Below are positions 25,123 through 32,000 of a stretch of DNA of 32,000 nt, in pieces. The notes under the pieces were generated by a model. That model saw only the letters and a program-made list of their open reading frames with translations. It had not been told where the DNA came from and searched no databases. Each line of letters begins with the position of its first letter. The stretch's first letter is position 1. The position numbers were made by a program, and so were the translations under genes. Source of the stretch: Peristeroidobacter agariperforans (GTDB lineage Bacteria > Pseudomonadota > Gammaproteobacteria > Steroidobacterales > Steroidobacteraceae); contig NZ_RYFW01000001.1 in the NCBI RefSeq assembly GCF_004138335.1, forward strand, positions 2,469,244 through 2,501,243. The letters run 5' to 3'.

Positions 25123-26070
25123 ATGCAGAAGCACGATGCAACTTCCTACTTCGTTCCATCGGACAAGCTTGTGGAGCTCCGAAGGATCATCGAACTGTGG
25201 AAAGAGATGGGCTTTCTCGGTCGTATCTTCAAGATGCGCCTAGTGGTGGACGCCAATATAATTCTGCGAGATGTACGTTGGTTGGCAACTAAACGCAAGT
25301 CGCCGGTGGCTCGTACCGCGTTGCTGGAAGTTGTGGAGTCCGGCACGTTGGAGGTTTATGTGCCAAGCCAGCTGTATGAAGAGGTCGGTCGGCACATCGA
25401 CCGATTCTCAGCTGAGGAAGATATCGACCGAAGTCGAATGCTGGAAGGCTGGGCCGCTTACCAAAAGCATCTGAACGTGCTGGATCCTGATGAGGACCGA
25501 ATTCGGCCATATAGGGCTGGGGTAGATCCTGACGACGCTGTGTTTCTTGCTCTGGCGGAAGCCGTTGGCGCGAAAGGAGTTCTAAGTAACGATCGGCACA
25601 TCTCTCAAATGGGCGGCAAGAGGATATCCATCGACTGCGTGTTCTCATTAAGAGATTACTCTCGCGCAGCGGCAATTGAGTGGAATATAAAGGTTGGGGG
25701 AATCACGCTGGGCTTGCTCGGCTTCCACGTGATCGGCCAGATAATTTCTGGAGTTAAAAATCTGGGTCAATCGATCGCTAGAGCGCCAGATTGGGTGAAG
25801 GCTTCGATCGTCATGGGTGCAATCCTTCTCATGTTGCACCCCGGCGCCCGAAAGAAAATCAGCTCAGGTCTAGAGCTCGCCTTCGGTGCTTTGCGTTCCT
25901 CTGCGCCCCCAATCTTTAGCATGATTATGGATGCCGCAGCACACGCTCATCGAGAGGCGGGTATTGCGCAAGAGAGTTTGGACAAGGTTTTTAAGCAGCT
26001 GGGGGAGGGGCCAATGAGCGCCACCAGCGAAATGGTGGAAGTCTCGCGCGCAGGATTTCCACCGAATTGA
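25123..26070 (+). CDS. PIN-domain protein with C-terminal transmembrane segments
   Basis: 315 aa. PIN-type acidic residues in RLVVDANIIL, LLEVVESG, DPDDAVFLALAEAVGAKGVLSNDRHI. Then two hydrophobic helices: GGITLGLLGFHVIGQIISGV and WVKASIVMGAILLMLHPGA. Confidence 0.7.
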   Translation: MQKHDATSYFVPSDKLVELRRIIELWKEMGFLGRIFKMRLVVDANIILRDVRWLATKRKSPVARTALLEVVESGTLEVYVPSQLYEEVGRHIDRFSAEEDIDRSRMLEGWAAYQKHLNVLDPDEDRIRPYRAGVDPDDAVFLALAEAVGAKGVLSNDRHISQMGGKRISIDCVFSLRDYSRAAAIEWNIKVGGITLGLLGFHVIGQIISGVKNLGQSIARAPDWVKASIVMGAILLMLHPGARKKISSGLELAFGALRSSAPPIFSMIMDAAAHAHREAGIAQESLDKVFKQLGEGPMSATSEMVEVSRAGFPPN

Positions 26071-26142
26071 ATCACAGTCGACTCATGGCAGTTAGCGCGG
26101 ATTCGGAAAAGAATTCCTCTCTGACGCGGCCGGAACTCCTCA

Positions 26143-26178
26143 ACGTACGCCTTGATTGATGCGTCAAATGGCGTACGT
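26143..26178. terminator. hairpin between convergent PIN and NYN genes
   Basis: ACGTACGCC-N18-GGCGTACGT (9-bp perfect arms, inner TTGA/TCAA pairing). It overlaps the last codons of the minus-strand gene. No clear T-tract. Confidence 0.3.
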
Positions 26179-26745
26179 AAGTGCCCCATCCAGTTCGCGC
26201 ACATGAGCTTCCTCGAATAGCCGTTGCACTAGGGCCAATCGGACGTCGTCGCCTAGTTTGGGAAACCAGGATTTAACTTTATTCGCGAGCCCCTTGCGCC
26301 TGGTCGGGCGAGCTTTCTCCTTGGTCAGGAGAGATATCAATCGCCCGAAATTATCCTGCTCGGGTTCCGGAGGGATCGCCGCTCTGGGGAATGCTGACCT
26401 CAGTGAGTTTGCTCGACGACACCTATGCCCGAGTTCGACGAGATGTCGAATCAATGGATCGAAGCCAGTGTCCTTAGAGAGCACCGTGCAGTCGGAAGTA
26501 GGTCGATGGGTCAGCTCTAGCCCGAGATAATACGCAATATGGAAGTCGAGTGCGTTCGGTCCGTTGCCTGAAATCCTGATCCATGCGAGCCGTGTCCCTA
26601 GTGGCTGTGCCTGTATGACCAACTCATCCGGCAGCTTCGTCTGCGCCGCGCCGTAGAACACTAGCACGCGAACATCGCCGGGAAGTGCGGAGAGATGGAA
26701 CTTCTGAACATTCTCCAGATCGATCAGGAGGACTCGATCACCCAT
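26164..26745 (-). CDS. NYN / PIN-like (LabA-type) nuclease-domain protein
   Basis: 193 aa. VLLIDLENV, GPNALDFHIAYYLG and VLSKDTGFDPLIRHLVELG match the three acidic blocks of NYN/LabA-like domains (D-x-E-N ... A-x-D ... S-x-D-x-x-F). Confidence 0.65.
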   Translation of the reverse strand: MGDRVLLIDLENVQKFHLSALPGDVRVLVFYGAAQTKLPDELVIQAQPLGTRLAWIRISGNGPNALDFHIAYYLGLELTHRPTSDCTVLSKDTGFDPLIRHLVELGHRCRRANSLRSAFPRAAIPPEPEQDNFGRLISLLTKEKARPTRRKGLANKVKSWFPKLGDDVRLALVQRLFEEAHVRELDGALTYAI

Positions 26746-26991
26746 TGCTGTGCAACTCCAGATTTCATTTCAGTTGTCGCTTGTTTGTTTTGGTCTAACG
26801 ATTAGGAAGCAGGAAGGCGGGATGGTTTGCCTTGCTCTCCATGCTATCACGGTGTGCTCGCCGTCAAGCAAAGCCCGGCGGGCTTTCGCCGCATAAACGG
26901 CCGCCTCCCCGCGGACGCGGGTCCCCTCCATTTATTCGACGGTCCCGCCGGTCTTCGCTTGACCGCTCCGCGCGCCGTGATCGGGAGAGCG

Positions 26992-27011
26992 CATCGGCAA
27001 ACCCGCCGATG
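26992..27011. promoter_or_regulatory. inverted repeat just upstream of the methyltransferase start
   Basis: CATCGGC-aaaccc-GCCGATG, ending 17 nt before the ATG at 27029. Confidence 0.2.
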
Positions 27012-27028
27012 CCAATGGAGATGCCATC

Positions 27029-27826
27029 ATGTTCCCGGTCAACGAAGTTCTTCAGGGTGATTGCACTCGCGTACTGCGGCGGTTGCCGGATTCTTTCGTC
27101 GATCTCGTGGTAACCGATCCGCCCTACGGTGTCCGCTATCAAGACAGCAAAGGTCGGACGATTGCGAACGACGATGATCCGAATCGCATTCTGGGTGCAT
27201 TTACAGATCTGTACCGAGTTCTGAAGCCCAACAGCATCTGCATCTCCTTCTACGGTTGGGGCCAGGTGGATGCATTCTTCCGAGCCTGGCGCCGCGCTGG
27301 GTTTCGGCCGATCGGTCACATCGTTTGGGCCAAGGACTACGCGTCGCGCACACGCTATCTCCACTACCGCCATGAACAGGCGTACGTGCTGGCCAAGGGA
27401 TCCCCAAAGGTGCCGGGGCAGCCAATTGATGACATCCAGCCCTGGGTGTACTCGGGCAATCAGGATCATCCGACGCAGAAGGCGGTGAAGATTCTGACGC
27501 CGCTCATCGAAGCCTTCTCGCAGCCTGGGCAACTGGTCCTCGATCCCTTCGCTGGCTCCGGTAGCACCCTAGTGGCCGCTGCCTTGAATGGTCGACGCTA
27601 CCTTGGCGTTGAGCTGGAGCGCGATTACTGCCGCGTAGCCCGCGAGCGGCTTGCGAATGTGCAACGTCGGTTGTCTCACTCCCAAGGAGTGACGGCGGCA
27701 CTTGGGCACGACAACCGGGAACTACCACCGCTCGAGGTTGATGCTTTTATCCGGTGGCTGCGCGGGCAAGGCCAAGAGGGCGTCGCTCGATTCGTCGAAC
27801 GTGCACGCGCGGAGTATGGCTTGTGA
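27029..27826 (+). CDS. beta-class DNA methyltransferase (DPPY; probably N6-adenine)
   Basis: 265 aa, with GGAGA 8 nt upstream. N-terminus VLQGDCTRVLRRLPDSFVDLVVTDPPYG (motif IV), followed later by VLDPFAGSGSTLVAA (motif I). This IV-before-I order defines the beta class. Confidence 0.9.
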   Translation: MFPVNEVLQGDCTRVLRRLPDSFVDLVVTDPPYGVRYQDSKGRTIANDDDPNRILGAFTDLYRVLKPNSICISFYGWGQVDAFFRAWRRAGFRPIGHIVWAKDYASRTRYLHYRHEQAYVLAKGSPKVPGQPIDDIQPWVYSGNQDHPTQKAVKILTPLIEAFSQPGQLVLDPFAGSGSTLVAAALNGRRYLGVELERDYCRVARERLANVQRRLSHSQGVTAALGHDNRELPPLEVDAFIRWLRGQGQEGVARFVERARAEYGL

Positions 27827-28523
27827 CGGATAGGTGGCTATCCCAAACGGTCGCGTGCCGTCGCAAGTTGTCGCGCGACCGTTTTATATGTTGGCGTCGT
27901 CTTCACCATCCACGTCTCTGCCGGCAGATCAGATTGCGTGCTCCAGGCGAGTCGTCTCGCGCGCTGCTTCGATAGTCTTCCGACGCCGTGACGAATAAGG
28001 ACGGTGAGATCGGGTGAGCTTGTGGGAAAGCGAGACAGAGCCGCCTGCGGACGGCTTCCTGCCGCCGCCCAGCCCACAACTGGACCCGTAGAGATGGGCA
28101 TCGCCTGGACAGCGCCCGTCGGCCACGATGCGAGAACGAGTCCGCAGCTGTCTTCGTGACTGGGCAGGGTCTCTCCCTCGCGCGAGCGGCTCCTAGTGTG
28201 GCCGGTGATGCAGGCATCCGGCGGGGTGGTGGGCCAAGATCGAGAGGAGCGTTCTGGGTGATCGATACACAGGCGTCGCGTCGTCTGCATTTGGATGCAA
28301 GACAGTACGCCCACTAACGGCCGAGCACACCCGGCGATATATTCGAGACCTCATGCGCACCGAAGTCTCAGTCTCACCATAAAGCACACGCGCCCGAGGC
28401 CAAAGATCACTGACCTCAATAAAAATAGCAAATATCGCCAACGGTCGAACTCTTCCTCCTCGAACTGCCACGCACTCCGCTGGAATCAGTGACTGCGAAT
28501 GTTTGAGTTTCGATCAACAAAGC

Positions 28524-28543
28524 GGCCAATTGCAGGATTGGCC
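28524..28543. promoter_or_regulatory. candidate oriT hairpin upstream of mobC
   Basis: GGCCAAT-tgcagg-ATTGGCC (7-bp perfect inverted repeat), ~30 bp upstream of the mobC start and preceded by an AT-rich patch (CAATAAAAATAGCAAATAT). Confidence 0.3.
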
Positions 28544-28572
28544 TGCGGCTGCTTTTGTTTACACTCTGGTGC

Positions 28573-29124
28573 ATGGGAATCACGCACGTCATCGCTGCTC
28601 GCGTCTCCCCGGAGTCGAAAGCCCGGTTCCGCAGCCTTGCGGAACAGCAGCAGATGACCGAGTCGGCGTTGCTGAAACGGCTCGTCGATATGGCCGTACA
28701 CACCGGCGGCGTGAACGATGCCGATGTTCTGAAGTCGCCAGAGCGACGCCTGCGAGGCGCTCGGCTGTGTGTCCGACTGCACCCGGACGATCAGTTGTTA
28801 CTGGCAGAAAGGGCAGCAGCTCGGCAGATGCCGGCGGCTACGTACGTCTCCGTCCTGGTGCGCGCCCATCTGCGGACGCTGTCGCCGCTTCCCAAGGCGG
28901 AGCTGATGGAGCTCAAGCGCTCTGTCGCCGAGCTCAGTGCGATCGGTAGAAACCTCAACCAGCTGGCTCGTCTGGCACACCAGCGACCGGGCTCGGTCTC
29001 CCCCGGCGGGCAGGTTGTGCAAATGATGCTCAAGGTATGCGAAGCGATGCGCGCTCACATCAAGGGGCTGATCAAAGCCAACACCAGGAGTTGGGAGGCA
29101 GGCCATGCGAACGATCAGACTTGA
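28573..29124 (+). CDS. mobC: MobC-family relaxosome accessory protein
   Basis: SVAELSAIGRNLNQLARLAHQ is the MobC signature (L-x-x-I-G-x-N-L-N-Q-x-A-R). N-terminal RHH-like segments are present. The start is either 28555 or 28573. Confidence 0.8.
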   Translation: MGITHVIAARVSPESKARFRSLAEQQQMTESALLKRLVDMAVHTGGVNDADVLKSPERRLRGARLCVRLHPDDQLLLAERAAARQMPAATYVSVLVRAHLRTLSPLPKAELMELKRSVAELSAIGRNLNQLARLAHQRPGSVSPGGQVVQMMLKVCEAMRAHIKGLIKANTRSWEAGHANDQT

Positions 29125-30103
29125 GGCCGGTCGGCCGATCCTCGACATCATCAGCTATGGCCGTGCAGGTCCGGGCGCTCGGATTGCGCTGACGCCCGCT
29201 CAGATCGCACAGATCCACCGGACGGTCTCGCGAGCGCCCGAAGTGGTGGTCAAGGTCACGGGCGGTGGGGGTTCGACCACGGGTCGAGGCGTCAATGCTC
29301 ACTTCAGCTACATTGGCAGGCGAGGCGAGCTGGAGATCGAGACCGACGACGGCCAGCGCTTGACCGGTCGGGGAGTAGGTCGGCATCTGGTCGACGATTG
29401 GGACTTGGATCTAGAGGAGGATCGCAAGCGGCTCGACCTGTTCGCGATGAATCGGCGAAAGCCGCCGAAGCTTGTTCACAGGCTGATCTTCTCCATGCCG
29501 GCGGGCACGCCGCCACAGAAGGTACTAGCAGCCGTCCGCGACTTCGCTCGTGAGGAGTTTGGACTCAAACATCGATACGCGATGGTGTTGCATACGGATG
29601 AGCCGCACCCGCATGTGCATGTGGTCGTAAAAGCGCTCGGCGAAGATGGCGTACGGCTCAATATTCGCAAGGCGACTCTGCGACATTGGAGGCAGGAGTT
29701 TGCATGTCAGCTTCGAGCGCATGGCGTTGAGGCGAACGCCACGGAACGACATGTTCGTGGGCAAAGTCGGACGCCGAAGTTGGACTCCATTTTCAGAGCA
29801 GCTCAGAGGGGCGAGTCGTCGCACATGGCCGCGCGACTGGGCGATGTCGTGCGCGAGCTGAAAGCAGGATCCCTAGATAGATCCGGTGCCGCTCAGCTCC
29901 AGCGATCCAGAATTGAAGTCCTGCGCGGATGGAAAACCGTGCGGAATCTTTTGGTCGTCGAGGGGCAGCATCAGCTTGCCAACGATGTTGCGCGATTCGT
30001 CAACCAAATGCCGCCCGCGCGCACTGAGAAGGAGAGGTTGGCGCATGAGCTAATGGCGCTAGTGGGTCAGCAGCGTGAGAAGGATAGATCGCTCCTTCGC
30101 TAG
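29105..30103 (+). CDS. relaxase / mobilisation nuclease (MobA/VirD2-type)
   Basis: 332 aa, with GGAGG upstream. EVVVKVTGGG...AHFSYIGRRG (catalytic Tyr region) and HRYAMVLHTDEPHPHVHVVVKA (H-x-D-x(2-3)-H-x-H metal triad). It overlaps mobC by 20 nt. Confidence 0.85.
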   Translation: MRTIRLEAGRPILDIISYGRAGPGARIALTPAQIAQIHRTVSRAPEVVVKVTGGGGSTTGRGVNAHFSYIGRRGELEIETDDGQRLTGRGVGRHLVDDWDLDLEEDRKRLDLFAMNRRKPPKLVHRLIFSMPAGTPPQKVLAAVRDFAREEFGLKHRYAMVLHTDEPHPHVHVVVKALGEDGVRLNIRKATLRHWRQEFACQLRAHGVEANATERHVRGQSRTPKLDSIFRAAQRGESSHMAARLGDVVRELKAGSLDRSGAAQLQRSRIEVLRGWKTVRNLLVVEGQHQLANDVARFVNQMPPARTEKERLAHELMALVGQQREKDRSLLR

Positions 30104-30379
30104 GTGAGAGCTTCAAGGCGAACGTGGATGTTCCGATCATCGAGGATTAGGCTAAATTTATGTCCGCAGGAATGGCGATGCGGGGCCGCTATCGGCCCGA
30201 GGCGGGCGTTCGCTCTCGCAAGAGGCAAGTCGTTCGTCCCTAGTTGGGTGATGACAGCCGCGCCTAGCATGAGTAGCATCGCCACCCAGGAAACCTCAAG
30301 GCGAAAGCTCGAATTGACTTGCTCGGGCAAAGAAAGATCTATCCCTGAGATTTTCGCCGTGCGACAAGATCCTTATCGA

Positions 30380-32000
30380 ATGACGGAGCAGCTGCACTTG
30401 CCCGGATCTTCAGCATCGTCCAAACGTGCGAAGCACGAGTCACTGGTCCAACAGCTCATTTCAGGGCTCGAGAGCCGCAGAGTCTCGACGACGCGGATGC
30501 GTGAACTGTTCTGCGTCATGCTGCTGCTTGAGTGGGCAAGTGAGAAGCGGGAAGCACTGGACCTCCACCCAACGGCGCACAATGGAGAACCTGAGAGAGC
30601 GGATCTCGCCACCGCTCTCTTCTCGAATCTTGACCCCCAGAACTGGTACGGCCCGGAGTCATTGAGGCCGCAACTGGAGAAACTCGGTGTAATGCTGTCT
30701 CGGGCCGCCCAGGCATCGGGTTCGCGCCATGCGGGCGCACTTAAGATTCTCGGAGAAGCCGTGTCTAGCGTGGCCCGCCTGCGAGCGGCTGACGTCGAAT
30801 ACGTCAGTTATTCATTCACTCCTCACGAGGATGAGAAAGCCACGCCTTCCCGACTTCTTCAGCTGTTCGACGCCGTCGGCGCTGAGCTGGGGAATAGAGG
30901 GCGGCAGTTCTTCACTCCACGAGAATGGGTGCGCAAACTGGTTCGTGACGTTTCAGGGCCGAACTGCGCCATCCGGGGCGCCGACACATCGATGAGCACG
31001 GAGCTCTTCCTGGCACGCGTCGCCGAGCACATGGCATCTGTTGTGATCGACGGGAAGAATCAGGAGCGCGATCTTCCCTACGATGCTCGTCTCAACAATC
31101 ACGAGTTCCTGGTCGGGCTGACGCGCTACGTCCTCAGCGAGGACGACGATGAAGCAGACTCCGGTCTGGCAACGAAGCCATTCGAGTTCGTGCTAACCAA
31201 TCCCCCGTTTGGGCGCACAATGGCGCGAGCTATTCGCCAGCGCAGCGGCGGCGATGCCACGAGCGTCAGCGCGCCGGAAGCTTTTTTCCTCGAAAGCATC
31301 GTGAAAACACTGCGCCCTGGCAGCCGCGCCGCGATCATCGTGCCGGCGGGCTTTCTTACGCGCGAATCCGCTGCGCCGCTCCGGCGCTGGCTTATCGAAC
31401 GAGGGATTCTCGACACAGTCATTCTGCTACCGCTGGGAATATTTCCTGAGGCTCCGAAGGTCCGGGCGGCGATTCTCAGCCTCGCTTATCACGGAGCGGA
31501 GGGTGCGATTCAGATCATCGATGCCTCGGCGCTGGACAGCGCCCGCGAGCCCGCCGTGCGATTTGAAAGAGCCGCGGAGCCTCAGGTGATCAGCCACCTT
31601 TTTCACACTCGCGTCGAGGGCGTGGGCGATGGCGTCCCCTGCGAATTCGAATTTCTCGACCGGACGCAGCTCTCCGCCAAGCGATGGAAGATCGAGCTGA
31701 GCCGGCAGGCGCTCAAGCGGCCGAGTTGGCTCGACACAGAGCTCGGCAAGCTGCTGGGCGCGCAGCAGCGTATCGTTCTGCTCGAACGACATGCGTGCTT
31801 GCGCGTCGGGCTCTACGTGAAGAACAAGTGTCTTGAGTCGGGAGCCCGGCCCGCAGAGTCGATCGGGTATCTGCGAATCTCGGATTACGGCAATTGTCAG
31901 ATGAAAGAGCCGACGCTCTGGTTTCTGCCCGACAAGGTGAAAGGTTCTGCCGAGTGTCTTTTGGAAGCGGGCGATGTGCTGGTATCGCGCTCCGGCACGA
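30380..32000 (+). CDS. N6-adenine methylase-like protein (HsdM/type IIG-like) fused to a specificity (TRD)-like domain; 3' end beyond right edge
   Basis: Not in the ORF track (open at the edge). My translation reads MTEQLHLPGSS...RQFFTPREWVRKLV...KPFEFVLTNPPFG (motif IV NPPF)...FFLESIVKTLRPGSRAAIIVPAGFL...VILLPLGIF, then a TRD-like tail ...LLEAGDVLVSRSGT. The frame is open back to 30104, so the start is uncertain (ATG 30251, 30269 or 30380). Confidence 0.7.
   Translation, partial: MTEQLHLPGSSASSKRAKHESLVQQLISGLESRRVSTTRMRELFCVMLLLEWASEKREALDLHPTAHNGEPERADLATALFSNLDPQNWYGPESLRPQLEKLGVMLSRAAQASGSRHAGALKILGEAVSSVARLRAADVEYVSYSFTPHEDEKATPSRLLQLFDAVGAELGNRGRQFFTPREWVRKLVRDVSGPNCAIRGADTSMSTELFLARVAEHMASVVIDGKNQERDLPYDARLNNHEFLVGLTRYVLSEDDDEADSGLATKPFEFVLTNPPFGRTMARAIRQRSGGDATSVSAPEAFFLESIVKTLRPGSRAAIIVPAGFLTRESAAPLRRWLIERGILDTVILLPLGIFPEAPKVRAAILSLAYHGAEGAIQIIDASALDSAREPAVRFERAAEPQVISHLFHTRVEGVGDGVPCEFEFLDRTQLSAKRWKIELSRQALKRPSWLDTELGKLLGAQQRIVLLERHACLRVGLYVKNKCLESGARPAESIGYLRISDYGNCQMKEPTLWFLPDKVKGSAECLLEAGDVLVSRSGT

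Larger units (their letters stand above)
8494..32000 (+). mobile_element. integrative mobilisable island 2 (int-alpA backbone, defence cargo, mobC-relaxase); right end not found in window
   Basis: Second int-alpA backbone followed by defence-type cargo and a MobC/relaxase pair. No T4SS or coupling protein is present in the window. I found no third copy of the att-like sequence before position 32000. Confidence 0.5.

Noticed and set aside
26864-27532. 222-aa minus-strand ORF
   Set aside because: Antisense to the DPPY methyltransferase, which has both motif IV and motif I.
30100-30330. 76-aa minus-strand ORF with a hydrophobic stretch
   Set aside because: No SD, no motif, and it overlaps the open upstream extension of the methylase frame. 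I cannot distinguish it from noise.
30101-30380. Relaxase stop (TAG) followed by an uninterrupted same-frame ORF into the methylase-like gene, suggesting read-through or a fusion
   Set aside because: The intervening translation (…RIRLNLCPQEWRCGAAIGPRRAFALARGK…) does not look protein-like. Long open frames are common by chance in GC-rich DNA. There is no evidence for suppression.
31427-31792. 121-aa minus-strand ORF (and 31126..31422)
   Set aside because: Antisense to the N6-methylase/TRD gene, which carries the NPPF motif in this region.

Overview
GC-rich bacterial chromosomal window. The first ~3 kb is ordinary or decayed housekeeping DNA: a secreted alpha/beta hydrolase, a DmpA-type peptidase and three gene fragments. 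The remaining ~29 kb is accessory DNA made of two tandem integrative islands. They share a ~2.4 kb int-alpA backbone (integrases roughly 85% identical by my hand alignment) but carry different cargo. Island 1 (~3.0-8.5 kb) carries a translationally coupled abiEi-abiEii-ccdA operon with a probable ccdB stump. Island 2 (~8.5 kb to beyond the right edge) looks like a mobilisable defence island. Its cargo, in order: (1) a HEPN-like protein; (2) a tightly coupled four-gene operon, TerB(N/C) membrane protein -> DUF2791/BrxD-like ATPase -> Lhr-like DEAD/H helicase -> OLD-family ATPase/TOPRIM nuclease; (3) a membrane-anchored Mrr-type nuclease with a topoisomerase-type zinc ribbon; (4) a complete His-Xaa-Ser (HxsABCD) twin radical-SAM peptide cluster of unknown function; (5) a membrane-anchored PIN protein convergent with a NYN/PIN-like protein; (6) a beta-class DPPY DNA methyltransferase; (7) MobC plus relaxase; (8) an N6-methylase/specificity-domain fusion with an apparently degenerate SAM loop. 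The four-gene operon is a Shango-like core plus an extra nuclease, sits at the window centre, and is my top candidate for an undescribed system variant. I saw no rRNA, intact tRNA or CRISPR array. All family assignments come from motif recognition by eye on the supplied translations and my own translations. None has been verified by HMM or BLAST, and many boundaries and start codons are approximate.
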